DNA of 64,000 nt from Clostridia bacterium (GCA_045636325.1 JAZTXH010000016.1:82956-146955); one strand, 5' to 3'; shown: positions 8,443 to 18,795, numbered from the stretch's first letter. Program-made: numbers and translations. The notes: generated by a model not told the origin, from the sequence alone.

Positions 8443-9402
8443 ATGTATTACATAGGTGTTGATTTAGGCGGAACAAATATTGCTGTGGGTATTATTGATG
8501 AAAGCGGTAAGCTTTTGTGTAAAAAGAGCGTTCCAACGCTGGCACAGCGCGGTGAAGACGCTATTATAGAGGATATAGCAAAGACTGTTAAAGAAATTGT
8601 TTCAGAGAATGGCTTTTCAATGGAGGATATAAAAAATGTAGGCATAGGAAGCCCAGGCTCGGTTGACAGTGAAAAAGGTGTGGTTATCACTGCATGTAAT
8701 CTAAACTTTAAAAATACTTTTCTAAAACAGAAATTAGAAAAGCTTTTAGAAAAAGATGTGTTTGTGGATAATGATGCAAACTGTGCAGCGTGGGGCGAAG
8801 CTATGGCAGGTGTTTCAAAAGGAACTCACAGTAGCGTAATGGTAACTCTTGGCACAGGCGTTGGCGGCGGAATAATTGTTGATAATAAAATAGTAAGCGG
8901 ATTTAATTTCTTTGGTGGTGAGCTTGGACATATTATTATAGAAGCAAGTGGTAAGATGTGTCCTTGTGGTCGTCAGGGTTGCTGGGAGGCATATTCATCT
9001 GCAAGTGCACTTATAAATCTTACAAAGCAAGCGATGGAAGAAAATCCGGATTCAATTATTAAAGATATTGTAGAAGCAAACGGCAAGGTAAGCGGCAAAA
9101 CTGCATTTGAGGCTGCGCGCAAAGGTGATAAGGTGGGTCAAGCTGTGGTTGATGAATACATAAAATATCTTACAATCGGTATATATAATGTTATAACGAT
9201 TTTTCAGCCTGAGGTTGTTGTTGTAGGTGGTGGCGTGTCAAATGAAGGGGATGGGCTTTTTGTTCCTTTAACAGAAATGGTTAATAAGCTGTCATACATA
9301 AGCGAATTTCTTGCAGAAGAAAAGAAAACCAAAGTTTTAAAAGCTTCATTAGGAAATGATGCAGGTATCATAGGTGCGGCATTGTTAGGTATAAATAAGT
9401 GA
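8443..9402 (+). CDS. glcK: ROK-family glucokinase
   Basis: The N-terminus is YIGVDLGGTNIAVG. It carries the ROK zinc motif GHIIIEASGKMCPCGRQGCWE. The start is set at the ATG after GGAGGA. Confidence 0.85.
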   Translation: MYYIGVDLGGTNIAVGIIDESGKLLCKKSVPTLAQRGEDAIIEDIAKTVKEIVSENGFSMEDIKNVGIGSPGSVDSEKGVVITACNLNFKNTFLKQKLEKLLEKDVFVDNDANCAAWGEAMAGVSKGTHSSVMVTLGTGVGGGIIVDNKIVSGFNFFGGELGHIIIEASGKMCPCGRQGCWEAYSSASALINLTKQAMEENPDSIIKDIVEANGKVSGKTAFEAARKGDKVGQAVVDEYIKYLTIGIYNVITIFQPEVVVVGGGVSNEGDGLFVPLTEMVNKLSYISEFLAEEKKTKVLKASLGNDAGIIGAALLGINK

Positions 9403-9520
9403 TAAAAATGTGCAGATTTTTTTAATCTGCACATTTTTCAAATCAGGATATGCTTGATTTTTTTAGGGAAATATTATAATATATAGTTAGAAAAAATTCA
9501 AATGACAAAGGGGTGAGAAA

Positions 9521-9949
9521 GTGTATATTATATTAAGTCTTACACCGGTAATTTTTAATTATGCGTATATTTTTCTTGAGCCTTTTCACATTCCGCTTTT
9601 GTATTTAATAAGATTTTTCTTAAACTGGGCTATTTTTCCGGTATGCATTGTTTGGATAAATTTTTTAAATGTAATTACCCGTAAAATAAGGCCGTTTTTT
9701 TCTGTGTTTATGAGTTTTTTGGTTATGGCGCTATGTTACGGCAGTGTATATATGACGTATTATATGAAAAACACTGTTCCTCTTGACGATTTTGGTGTAA
9801 AATCAATATTTCTTACGAATTTATATATGTTTGTTCCCTTTGCGGTGGTTTTGGTAATGAATATTATATATAATCTTACTTTGGGAAGAGTGATTAAAAA
9901 AAGAAAAAAAGCGGCAAAAAAAGCAGCAAAAGGCAGACGCAGAGCATAA
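9521..9949 (+). CDS. small polytopic membrane protein with a Lys/Arg-rich tail
   Basis: It has four hydrophobic segments and a KKRKKAAKKAAKGRRRA tail. The start is GTG after AAGGGGTGAG. Confidence 0.5.
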   Translation: MYIILSLTPVIFNYAYIFLEPFHIPLLYLIRFFLNWAIFPVCIVWINFLNVITRKIRPFFSVFMSFLVMALCYGSVYMTYYMKNTVPLDDFGVKSIFLTNLYMFVPFAVVLVMNIIYNLTLGRVIKKRKKAAKKAAKGRRRA

Positions 9950-10265
9950 AAAGTAATTTAAAGGGGCTTTGAAAAATTCTATTTTTAAAATTGTTTTATC
10001 ACAGCATTTATTATCACAAATAAGTTGAGGCGTCAAGGGTAAAGGTATGATTTTTTGTGAATATATGCTATAATGTAAATTAAAAATACACAAGTTTAAA
10101 TAAAAAACATAAAAATTTAAAAATACTATTGACATTGGGGAAAAAATATTGTAAAATAGTTGAGGTGTAAAGGAGAATAACTTTACAGGCGGAGCGCTTT
10201 TGGCAAGTGGGGAAGAAGTTTTGTCCGCATTTTTAAAAAAATATTTGTCAGAGGTGTGAAGTAAG

Positions 10266-10622
10266 GTGAAAGACAATAATAAAAATTTAGAGATTGGTGC
10301 TCTTTTGGATTTCTATGGCAAACTGCTTACGGAAAAGCAGGCAGATGCTCTTGATTTATATTATAATCAGGATTTGTCTTTGGCGGAAATTGCTGAGCTT
10401 ATGGGCATAACAAGGCAGGGCGTAAGGGATAATATTAAAAGGGGCGAAAAGCAGCTTGAGGATTTTGAAGCTGTTTTGCACCTTTGTGAAAAATTTGGTG
10501 AAATTACCACAGTTTGCTCTGTTATGAATGAAAATGCAGTAAAGCTAAAAAAGCTAGGGGTATCAGAAGCAATTGCAGATGAGATTTTATATGGCATTGA
10601 AAAAATAGAGGCTATAATATAG
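10266..10622 (+). CDS. ylxM: YlxM/UPF0122 HTH protein
   Basis: The sequence LSLAEIAELMGITRQGVRDNIKR is present. The gene occupies the conserved position upstream of ffh. Confidence 0.8.
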   Translation: MKDNNKNLEIGALLDFYGKLLTEKQADALDLYYNQDLSLAEIAELMGITRQGVRDNIKRGEKQLEDFEAVLHLCEKFGEITTVCSVMNENAVKLKKLGVSEAIADEILYGIEKIEAII

Positions 10623-10668
10623 AGTAGTGTAAACACTGTTTTTCCGTGTTTATAAAGGAGATATTCAA

Positions 10669-12006
10669 ATGGCATTTGAAGGTTTAGGTGAAAAACTGCA
10701 AAATGTTTTTAAAAAATTAAAAGGCAAGGGTAAGGTTTCGGAAACAGATGTTAAAGAAGCCATGCGTGAGGTTAAGGTTGCGCTTCTTGAGGCGGATGTT
10801 AACTTTAAGGTGGTTAAGGAGTTTGTTAAAACAGTTTCTGAAAAGGCAGTGGGCAGTGATGTGCTTGAAAGCCTTACACCCGGTCAGCAAATAATAAAAA
10901 TAGTAAATGATGAGCTTACAAACCTTATGGGTGCAACTCAGGCGAAGCTTAATTTTTCCAATAATCCGCCTACGGTTATGATGCTTGTGGGCTTGCAGGG
11001 TGCAGGTAAAACAACTACCTGCGGAAAGCTTGCAGGTCAGATAAAAAAGCAAATGGGAAAAAGACCCCTTCTTGTTGCCTGCGATGTGTACCGTCCTGCG
11101 GCAATAAAGCAGCTTCAGGTTGTAGGCAGTCAGCTTGATATTCCCGTGTTTTCCGATGAAGGAAACACAAATCCCGTTGAAATTGCGAAAATGGCTTATG
11201 AACACGCCAAGAAGCATGGCAATGACCCTGTGCTTATTGATACGGCGGGTCGTCTTCATATAAATGAAGAGCTTATGGATGAGCTTAAAAATATCAAAGG
11301 TGAGGTTAAACCCTCTGAAATTCTTTTGGTGGTTGACTCTATGACGGGTCAGGATGCGGTTAATGTGGCACAAAGCTTTAACGAACAGCTTGGCGTTGAC
11401 GGTGTTATATTAACAAAGCTTGACGGTGATACAAGAGGCGGTGCGGCACTTTCGGTGCGTCAGGTAACGGGTAAACCCATAAAATATGTTGGTATGGGCG
11501 AAAAGCTTAATGATTTAGAGCCTTTTTATCCTGACCGTATGGCATCAAGAATTCTTGGTATGGGCGATGTTTTAAGCCTTATTGATAAAGCTCAGGAGGC
11601 TTTTGACGAAGAGCAGACAAGAAAGCTTGAAGCAAAGCTTACAAAAGGTCAGATGGATTTGGAAGACTTTTTGGACCAGCTTCAGCAGATTAAAAAGATG
11701 GGGCCTTTGGAAAGCGTTATAAAAATGCTTCCGGGTGTGGGTTCAAAGTTGCCGTCTGATTTGCAGGTGGATGATAAACAGCTTGGAAGACCTGAAGCTA
11801 TAATCCGTTCAATGACACCTGAGGAAAGAAGAAGACCCGAGATTATAAATGCAAGCCGTAAGGTAAGAATTGCAAACGGTGCAGGTGTTAAGGTGCAGGA
11901 GGTTAATGCTCTTTTAAAACAGTTTGAACAGATGCGTTCAATGGTTAAAAAGTTTTCTGCCCCCGGCGGTATGAAAAAGCTTAAGAGGATGAAATTTCCT
12001 TTTTAG
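10669..12006 (+). CDS. ffh: signal recognition particle protein Ffh
   Basis: It has GLQGAGKTTT, DTAGRL and TKLDGD motifs and a Met-rich M domain. Confidence 0.97.
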   Translation: MAFEGLGEKLQNVFKKLKGKGKVSETDVKEAMREVKVALLEADVNFKVVKEFVKTVSEKAVGSDVLESLTPGQQIIKIVNDELTNLMGATQAKLNFSNNPPTVMMLVGLQGAGKTTTCGKLAGQIKKQMGKRPLLVACDVYRPAAIKQLQVVGSQLDIPVFSDEGNTNPVEIAKMAYEHAKKHGNDPVLIDTAGRLHINEELMDELKNIKGEVKPSEILLVVDSMTGQDAVNVAQSFNEQLGVDGVILTKLDGDTRGGAALSVRQVTGKPIKYVGMGEKLNDLEPFYPDRMASRILGMGDVLSLIDKAQEAFDEEQTRKLEAKLTKGQMDLEDFLDQLQQIKKMGPLESVIKMLPGVGSKLPSDLQVDDKQLGRPEAIIRSMTPEERRRPEIINASRKVRIANGAGVKVQEVNALLKQFEQMRSMVKKFSAPGGMKKLKRMKFPF

Positions 12007-12096
12007 AGCTTGCAAGTGAAGATTGAAACAGTCATTTAAAATAAGTTAAAAAACTTATATTAAATATACAAAATTTATTTGGAGGTGAATTTAGTT

Positions 12097-12339
12097 ATGG
12101 CAGTAAAAATCAGATTAAAGAGAATGGGTGCAAAGAAAGCTCCTTTTTACAGAGTTGTTGTTGCTGATTCAAGATATCCCAGAGATGGCAGATTCATCGA
12201 AGAAATCGGTACTTACAATCCTATGGTAGAGCCTGCTGATGTTAAAATTGATGCAGAGCTTGCAAAGAAATGGATGGCTAACGGTGCACAGCCTACTGAT
12301 ACAGTTAAAAGATTGATGAAGAAAGCAAATGTTCTTTAA
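12097..12339 (+). CDS. rpsP: 30S ribosomal protein S16
   Basis: The N-terminus [26 protein letters not shown] follows a GGAGGTG SD. Confidence 0.95.
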   Translation: MAVKIRLKRMGAKKAPFYRVVVADSRYPRDGRFIEEIGTYNPMVEPADVKIDAELAKKWMANGAQPTDTVKRLMKKANVL

Positions 12340-12363
12340 TTGTGGAAAGGAAGGTACTAAGCC

Positions 12364-12594
12364 ATGGAAAAGGTTTTGGAAACTTTGGCAAAATCTCTTG
12401 TTGATAACCCCGATGAGGTTTCTGTAACAGTTGTTGAAGGTGAAGACAAAACAGTTTTAGAGCTTCGCGTTGCAGAAAGTGATATGGGTAAGGTAATCGG
12501 CAAGCAGGGCCGTATCGCAAAGGCAATCAGAACAGTTGTTAAAGCGGCTGCAAGCCGTGATAACAAGCGTGCGGTTGTTGAGATTATAGGCTAA
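12364..12594 (+). CDS. KH-domain RNA-binding protein (YlqC/UPF0109)
   Basis: It contains GKVIGKQGRIAKAIRTVV and sits in the conserved position after rpsP. Confidence 0.85.
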   Translation: MEKVLETLAKSLVDNPDEVSVTVVEGEDKTVLELRVAESDMGKVIGKQGRIAKAIRTVVKAAASRDNKRAVVEIIG

Positions 12595-12636
12595 AAAAAG
12601 GGGCGCGGTAAGCGTCAGAAACAAAATAATGTTTTC

Positions 12637-12680
12637 AAAGAAACGGCACAGAATACCTGTGCCGTTTCTTTGTTATTTGT
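12637..12680 (+). terminator. intrinsic terminator after the KH gene
   Basis: A 15-bp perfect stem: aaagaaacggcacag pairs with ctgtgccgtttcttt, followed by a T-rich tail. Confidence 0.8.
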
Positions 12681-12713
12681 GATATGCCATTTGCAAAAAT
12701 TTTATAAAATCTA

Positions 12714-12742
12714 TTGCCTGAAAAATAAAAATGTGGTATAAT
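12714..12742 (+). promoter_or_regulatory. promoter of the surface-protein genes
   Basis: TTGCCT at 12714-12719, a 17-nt spacer, and TGgTATAAT ending at 12742. Confidence 0.5.
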
Positions 12743-12926
12743 GATATTGCGAAACAAATTGAATTAACAAAGTAAAGGGAACTCTCATTATTTTACAAGG
12801 GGGTATTGCACCCTTTTACATTTACCATTTGAATTGGCAAAAAATGCAAATTCCACTTGGTAAATGTAGGAGATTTTCCTCTTTTGTTAAGATTTGTTTC
12901 GCAGCAATCGGGGTTTGCGTTTTTCG

Positions 12927-12956
12927 GTGCGTCGGCTTCGGTTGGCGCACTTTTTT
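12927..12956 (+). terminator. leader terminator/attenuator ~20 nt upstream of the SD
   Basis: gtgcgtcggc and gttggcgcac form a ~10-bp stem (3 G-U pairs) with a UUCG loop, followed by T6. It lies inside a ~230-nt leader. Confidence 0.5.
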
Positions 12957-12978
12957 ATATTTTAAGGAGGGCTTTTGT

Positions 12979-15765
12979 ATGAAGAAAGCGTTATCAATCT
13001 TTTTATTAATCACAATGTTATTTTCGGCAGCAACAATAACCTTTGCGGAAGTTTCAAATGAAGGGGCAAATACCTTGCCCTATGTAATAGAGCCGCAGTT
13101 TGAAAGTGCATTCGAGTTTAATAAATACGGCATTGCACAGGTACAGCTGCCGACAGTCGGTGATGAAGTGGGCAAAGTTGGCGTCATAAATCTTAAAGGT
13201 GAAAAAATCTTCGGATTTGACGGCACGAAGTTTGTAATCCGTAAAAACGGACTTATTATGGCACTTGGCGAAAATGATAAAGCGGCTTTTTTCTCAAGTG
13301 AAGGAAAGCAGCTTACCGATTATGTATACGAAACCTTTAAAAGAGTTCAGCAAAAAACTCCTCATGAGGTAACATATAACTATCTTACCAACCGTCACGA
13401 CGGTGATGGTGAAAGTGATTTGGTGCCCATTTGCAGAGACGGTAAATTCGGTTTTATTAACAGTAAGGGCGAAGAAGCCATTGCACCCACCTTTGACTAT
13501 GTTTTCGGATTTTTTGATGGTATATCCAAAATCGGTTATGACGGTGTTTTAAGTGAATACGGAACCTATACACAGTGTATGTATGGCTATGTAAACGAAA
13601 ATGGAGAAGTATTGCCAACGGGCAAGCTTTGGGAGGCTTCTGATTTTTCACACGGCTATGCCAGAATTGCTGACGGACAGTATAAAGTGATAGACAAAAA
13701 CGGCAGTGAAGTGCACTTTCCTACGGGTGATTTTGAATTTATAGAAACAAACGGTAATTTTATTTTGGCAGGTCACGACGGCGGTCATGTGGTGCTGGAT
13801 ATGAACGGCAATCTTATATCGGATTGGGCACCGAATATTCAGCTGTTTGGTAAAAGCTTTATTATATGGCAAAAACAAATTGCCGATATAAATGGAAATA
13901 TTATATATACTGCACCCGAAGGTGTTACAATTATTTTTGCAAGAGAGGGAAGCCGGGTAACACCAATATATAAAAGGGTTGTACAAAACAGAGTAGAGGT
14001 GCTTGTATCAGGTCTTGTAAATCAGGAGGGCAAGGTTGTAATTGAGCCGGGCTACAAAGGCTTAAGAGAGGTTGCAGAAGGCATTTTCTATTCACCTGAC
14101 AGTTATTGGCTTTTTGATGTAAACGGAAACCGTATTGCTCAGCTTGACGGGTATGAAGTAAGCCCGTTTACGGTGTATAACGGTCTGTCTTACAATTTGC
14201 TTCCTGTAAAAAGCTTTGAAAATCACAAATGGGGATATGTAAAGCTTCCCGAAACGGAAAATCCGTATATTTCAAAATACACACAGTCTGATATATACAA
14301 GATTTATAATATATATAATACTGACTATGGAACTGTTTTGTATATGCAACCTTTTGGCGTTCCACACGCTACGGGACCGTTTTTGATGCTTGTCCGTAAA
14401 AACGGAGAGGAGATAAATCTTTCTTCTGCGGTGTCAAGAGAAACAGTATGGGCACATCCTGAACATAACGATATAAAAATTTCCGAGGACGGCAGATATA
14501 TTACATTTAATGTTTCCTTTGATAAGCGTTCACAAGGCGGTGTGACAGATGGGGAAAGCTTTGTACTGCACGATGCAGGTACATATTATTATAAGGCTGA
14601 CCTTGAAACAGGATTAACCATTGAAACGCATTTTGAGCCCCTTGATACAATGGGAGAAGCTTCTATTTCTTCCTGGGCAAAGCCTGAGATTGAAAAAGCA
14701 ATAGCTTTGGGCTTTGTTCCGATTCCGCTAAGAGAGAATTACAAAAGAAATATTACAAGAGCCGAATTTGCAAAAATGGCAATGGATTTTCTTTCCTTTT
14801 CTTATGGTTATTCCAATGCAACAAGGCTGAAAACCTGGTCAGAGGTTGACTATGAAAAGCGTGGTTATGTTAACAATGACTTTCTGTGTGCATATTGCCA
14901 CGCAAAGCCTGACAGAAACGGCAAAGCCTTTATGTCGGGTAACAAAGAGTATGAGTATAACTCAAATCTTAAAATAACGATGGCAGAGCCCTTTGAAAGA
15001 ACTGAAGATTTTCTGTATTATGAATCGGTAATTGCCGCATATAACATAGGCATTGTAAACGGTGTAAGTCAAACAGAATTTAACCCGAACGGCGATATTA
15101 CCCGTCAGGAGGCAGCGGCAATGCTTATGCGTGTTTACAGAAATTACTCAGAGGCTGAAAATATATCAAATGACTATAGCTTTGCTGATAATGCTGTAAT
15201 TGCGGATTGGGCAAAGGAAGATGTTTACATGATAAATCAGCTTGGTGTTATGCAGGGTGTGGGTAATGATATGTTTGCACCCCTTGATAACTACACCGTT
15301 GAGCAGGCTATTGCTACTTTTTTAAGACTTTATGAAAATGCCCCCGTAAGCCGGAAAAACAAAAATATTGTCCCCCTTCTCGAAATGAAATTTGAGAAAG
15401 AAAAAGTAACAGAGGGAAATTCTGGCGGCAGAGGATGGGTAACATTAGAAGAAAAAGAGTTTGTGTTTGATGACTATACCATATTGCAGGGAGTATGGAA
15501 TATGCGACACTACGGCGGAAGCGATGTTATTTATATTTTCCACAAAAGCGGCGGTGTATCATCATTTTATACCGACGGAAACCTGACATCTGAGTTGGAA
15601 ATAGATGCTGATAGAAATATAATTCGCTATAATGCTAAAGTTTCAGATACTTTCCGCCTATACAATCAGCTTTGCGGAAGTGAAAAGGTATATTCGGCAG
15701 GAGAATATATGTTTGAATGTGATATTGAAACAGGAAATATTCTCCGATTGGAAAGAATAGCATAG
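12979..15765 (+). CDS. secreted surface protein: WG/KWG-like beta-repeats, three SLH-like modules and a C-terminal domain
   Basis: The signal peptide is MKKALSIFLLITMLFSAATITFA. Repeats include DGKFGFINSKGEEAI and YGYVNENGEVL. SLH-like segments include ITRAEFAKMAM, ITRQEAAAMLMRVY and WAKEDVY...GVMQG. The start is set at the ATG after AAGGAGG. Confidence 0.75.
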   Translation: MKKALSIFLLITMLFSAATITFAEVSNEGANTLPYVIEPQFESAFEFNKYGIAQVQLPTVGDEVGKVGVINLKGEKIFGFDGTKFVIRKNGLIMALGENDKAAFFSSEGKQLTDYVYETFKRVQQKTPHEVTYNYLTNRHDGDGESDLVPICRDGKFGFINSKGEEAIAPTFDYVFGFFDGISKIGYDGVLSEYGTYTQCMYGYVNENGEVLPTGKLWEASDFSHGYARIADGQYKVIDKNGSEVHFPTGDFEFIETNGNFILAGHDGGHVVLDMNGNLISDWAPNIQLFGKSFIIWQKQIADINGNIIYTAPEGVTIIFAREGSRVTPIYKRVVQNRVEVLVSGLVNQEGKVVIEPGYKGLREVAEGIFYSPDSYWLFDVNGNRIAQLDGYEVSPFTVYNGLSYNLLPVKSFENHKWGYVKLPETENPYISKYTQSDIYKIYNIYNTDYGTVLYMQPFGVPHATGPFLMLVRKNGEEINLSSAVSRETVWAHPEHNDIKISEDGRYITFNVSFDKRSQGGVTDGESFVLHDAGTYYYKADLETGLTIETHFEPLDTMGEASISSWAKPEIEKAIALGFVPIPLRENYKRNITRAEFAKMAMDFLSFSYGYSNATRLKTWSEVDYEKRGYVNNDFLCAYCHAKPDRNGKAFMSGNKEYEYNSNLKITMAEPFERTEDFLYYESVIAAYNIGIVNGVSQTEFNPNGDITRQEAAAMLMRVYRNYSEAENISNDYSFADNAVIADWAKEDVYMINQLGVMQGVGNDMFAPLDNYTVEQAIATFLRLYENAPVSRKNKNIVPLLEMKFEKEKVTEGNSGGRGWVTLEEKEFVFDDYTILQGVWNMRHYGGSDVIYIFHKSGGVSSFYTDGNLTSELEIDADRNIIRYNAKVSDTFRLYNQLCGSEKVYSAGEYMFECDIETGNILRLERIA

Positions 15766-15789
15766 TAGTAAATAAGGAGGCGAAAATGC

Positions 15790-18700
15790 ATGAAAAAATT
15801 ATGTTGTATATTGATTAGTATAGTTGTTTTGACTTCATTAGTTCCAGTATCCGTTTTTGCAAACGAGGAAATGAAAGATGGTTTTTTTACTTATACGGTA
15901 AACGAGAATTCCATAACAATAACTGATTGTGATGAGGAAGCTTCAGGTGATGTGCGGATACCTTATGAAATAAATGGTATACCTGTGGAGCATATTGGAG
16001 ATCATGCCTTTTCTTCTTGTAGTAAAATTACAAGGCTGCTGCTTCCAAATATCAAAACAATCGGATGTGGTGCTTTTGCATATTGTGAAGCATTGGAAAA
16101 AATTACGTTTTCCGATAGTCTTGAAATAATTAAAGGATGTCATGTTATGCACATCACTACAGGTCAAGATAATTATGAATATTTTATGGGACTTCCTTCG
16201 GCAACCTTCTATTACTGCAAAAGTCTTAAGAATGTATATTTTCAAGGTGACAATACAAAAATAGAAGGTACTCTTTTTATAGATTGCCCCAATCTCAGTT
16301 ATGTAAAACTGCCTGATAATCTGAGCGAACCACTGTCGGAATATGAATTTTTAAGCAAGGAAACGGTTGGACAGCAAAAATATGTTTTTACCGATTATCC
16401 ATCCAAACTGAAAATCGGAAAAACAGAAAATGAAATTATAAAGAGCTTTTGCTTAGAAAAAGGATTTAAGATGGCGGAAATCTATTACAGTGACGGACAG
16501 GAATGTCATGGAGAATTTCAATGGTACAACGGCTTTGCATATGTGGTTTTGGACGAGTCGGCAAAAACTGCAATACTGGTTGACTATGACAGAGAAATTA
16601 TCATAGGTGAAGAGCTTGTCATTCCCACTGAAATAAACGACTATAAAATAACCGGATTTGCAGATAGGCTATTCAATAACGGTACATTTAAAAAGTGTGA
16701 TTTGCGGAATTTCCCTGTTTTGTCGCACTCCATGTTTACAAATTCTTTGTTGGAAGAGATTATATTATCACCGCAAACAAAGGAAATTCCCCCTCAATGC
16801 TTTCCGGGAACAAAAATAAAAACTGTTGAATTACCGGAGGGGCTGGAAGTTATAGGAGAGGATGCTTTTCGAGAAAGTACAATCGAGGAGGTTGCCATTC
16901 CGTCAACAGTGAAAGAAATAGGAGAAAACGCTTTTACGTTTTGTAATAATCTCAAAAAAATTGAAATTAAAGAAGGTGTGCTTTCGAGTCTGCAAGCAAT
17001 GAGTGACGGTTATGCTTCAAGCTTTAGTGCACCCAACATTGAAACTTTAATAATTCCTCCAAGCATAACACTCATTGATGACTATGAGTTTAAGGAATTG
17101 AAAGTTGCCAAAGCCGGATATTCTGTGGGTGATTATCCGCAAAATCTTACGGTGTACGGTACACCCGGCTCATATGCTGAAAGTTTCGCAAGAATTCATG
17201 GGTTTAATTTTATAGAAAATTTAAGTTGGGAAAGCAAAACAAAAAACCTTTACGCTATAGCACGCCTTGAAAAAGAATCATTTACAGTTTTTGTTAATGA
17301 AATAATAGATACAGAGTATGGTACGGTCCTGTACTATGATATTGGCGGTATGCCGCACGGACCTTACACACGATTTTTGCTTGTTGATTATGATGGAAAT
17401 GAATACCAGTTTGAAGGCGATCCCATACCGGCTGATACTGTATATGGCAGAGACCCGGAGTTTGACAATTTGAAAATTTCGGATGATGGGAGATATCTGA
17501 CCTTTTCTGTATCGTTTGCCGATAGACTGGTAGCAACGCTCGGTGATACACCACAGATGTTTCACGATGCAGGCACATACTATTTTAAATGTGACCTTAA
17601 AGAACATACACAGGTAGAGACACGCTTTGAACCATTGGATACAATGGGTGAGGACGAAATTTCTGCATGGGCAAAGCCGGAGGTTGAAAAAGCCATTGAG
17701 ATTGGCTTTGTGCCTATTTCTTTGAGAGATAACTATAAAAAGAATATAACAAGAGCCGAATTTGCAAAAATGGCTATGTACTTTTTAAGTGTGCAGTATG
17801 GATATCAGCCGGAGCATATAATACGCACTTATTATAATCTGGATAAAGAATTTCCTTTATATGATTTCATTTCTGCATATTGCACATCAAAGAAAGACCG
17901 TAACGGAAACAACTTCATCAATAATACTACAGGTGAAGAATGGAAATATGAAGATAAGAGAGCAATGGATACTGTGTCCGTGTTCAGCAAGACAAATTTC
18001 GGTGATTTAAACGGTGAGAATGTTTTTGATATGCAGTTAATTGGTGTTGCATATAATTTTGGCATTGTAAACGGTGTAAGTGAAACGGCATTTAACCCTG
18101 ATGGCGATATTACAAGGCAGGAAGCAGCGGCAATGTTAATGCGTGTCTATAAAAATTATGCAGAATATAAAAACACGGACACCGAATATCTTTTTTCTGA
18201 CGATGACACTATTGCCGATTGGGCAAAAGAAGATGTGTATAATGTAAATGCTCTCGGCGTAATGCAGGGAGTAGGAAATGATATTTTTGCACCGTTGGAC
18301 GGATATACAGTAGAACAAGCCATAGCGACATTTTTACGCTTATATGAGTCGGCGCCCGTAAGCAGAAAGAACAAAAATATTGAACCATTGCTTGACTTTG
18401 AATACGAAAAAGAGAAATTCTATGTGAATGTTCCGGGAACATCATCATTCTTTCCCGAGAAGGAATATGAGTTCGATGCATACACGGTAGTCAGCGGAGT
18501 CTGTCAGAGCTTGCACGGAAAACCCGATTATAAGCTTTATGTATTCTACAAATATGGCGGTAAGCGTGATTTGACATCTTTTATGCCGGTAGCGCAGGAT
18601 AATACAAGCTTGATTGAAGATGTAAAAATCAACCCTGAAGAAAATATAATTACTTTTGTTACCGAAATTTCCGATACTTTTTGCCTGTATAATAAGTTAA

Positions 18701-18795
18701 ACGGAACGGAAAAGGTGTATGATATGGGAAAATACATCTTTGAAATCAATTTGGAAACGGGAAATGTTATAAGGATTGAGCGGTTATTTGATTAA
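15790..18795 (+). CDS. secreted surface protein: BspA-type leucine-rich repeats and the same SLH-containing C-terminal half
   Basis: It has a signal peptide. LRR units have the pattern IP..V..IG..AF..C..L. The C-terminal ~490 aa is paralogous to the previous gene. Confidence 0.75.
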   Translation: MKKLCCILISIVVLTSLVPVSVFANEEMKDGFFTYTVNENSITITDCDEEASGDVRIPYEINGIPVEHIGDHAFSSCSKITRLLLPNIKTIGCGAFAYCEALEKITFSDSLEIIKGCHVMHITTGQDNYEYFMGLPSATFYYCKSLKNVYFQGDNTKIEGTLFIDCPNLSYVKLPDNLSEPLSEYEFLSKETVGQQKYVFTDYPSKLKIGKTENEIIKSFCLEKGFKMAEIYYSDGQECHGEFQWYNGFAYVVLDESAKTAILVDYDREIIIGEELVIPTEINDYKITGFADRLFNNGTFKKCDLRNFPVLSHSMFTNSLLEEIILSPQTKEIPPQCFPGTKIKTVELPEGLEVIGEDAFRESTIEEVAIPSTVKEIGENAFTFCNNLKKIEIKEGVLSSLQAMSDGYASSFSAPNIETLIIPPSITLIDDYEFKELKVAKAGYSVGDYPQNLTVYGTPGSYAESFARIHGFNFIENLSWESKTKNLYAIARLEKESFTVFVNEIIDTEYGTVLYYDIGGMPHGPYTRFLLVDYDGNEYQFEGDPIPADTVYGRDPEFDNLKISDDGRYLTFSVSFADRLVATLGDTPQMFHDAGTYYFKCDLKEHTQVETRFEPLDTMGEDEISAWAKPEVEKAIEIGFVPISLRDNYKKNITRAEFAKMAMYFLSVQYGYQPEHIIRTYYNLDKEFPLYDFISAYCTSKKDRNGNNFINNTTGEEWKYEDKRAMDTVSVFSKTNFGDLNGENVFDMQLIGVAYNFGIVNGVSETAFNPDGDITRQEAAAMLMRVYKNYAEYKNTDTEYLFSDDDTIADWAKEDVYNVNALGVMQGVGNDIFAPLDGYTVEQAIATFLRLYESAPVSRKNKNIEPLLDFEYEKEKFYVNVPGTSSFFPEKEYEFDAYTVVSGVCQSLHGKPDYKLYVFYKYGGKRDLTSFMPVAQDNTSLIEDVKINPEENIITFVTEISDTFCLYNKLNGTEKVYDMGKYIFEINLETGNVIRIERLFD

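Noticed and set aside
10717-11373. 218-aa minus-strand ORF inside ffh, and similar antisense or alternate-frame ORFs inside dnaK, dnaJ, rny, ileS, spmA, spoVB, murT, gatD, the surface-protein genes and the sugar operon
   Set aside because: All lie wholly within strongly supported genes, lack SD sequences, and have shadow-frame composition.
12840-12880. Possible c-di-GMP (GEMM) riboswitch because of GGCAAA...GCAAA in the surface-protein leader
   Set aside because: The spacing is far too short, and the conserved GEMM-I and GEMM-II helices and tetraloop-receptor are absent.
12829-12978. N-terminal 50-codon extension of the first surface-protein ORF in the track
   Set aside because: The extension covers the leader and terminator. 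A canonical AAGGAGG-ATG followed by a signal peptide begins at 12979.
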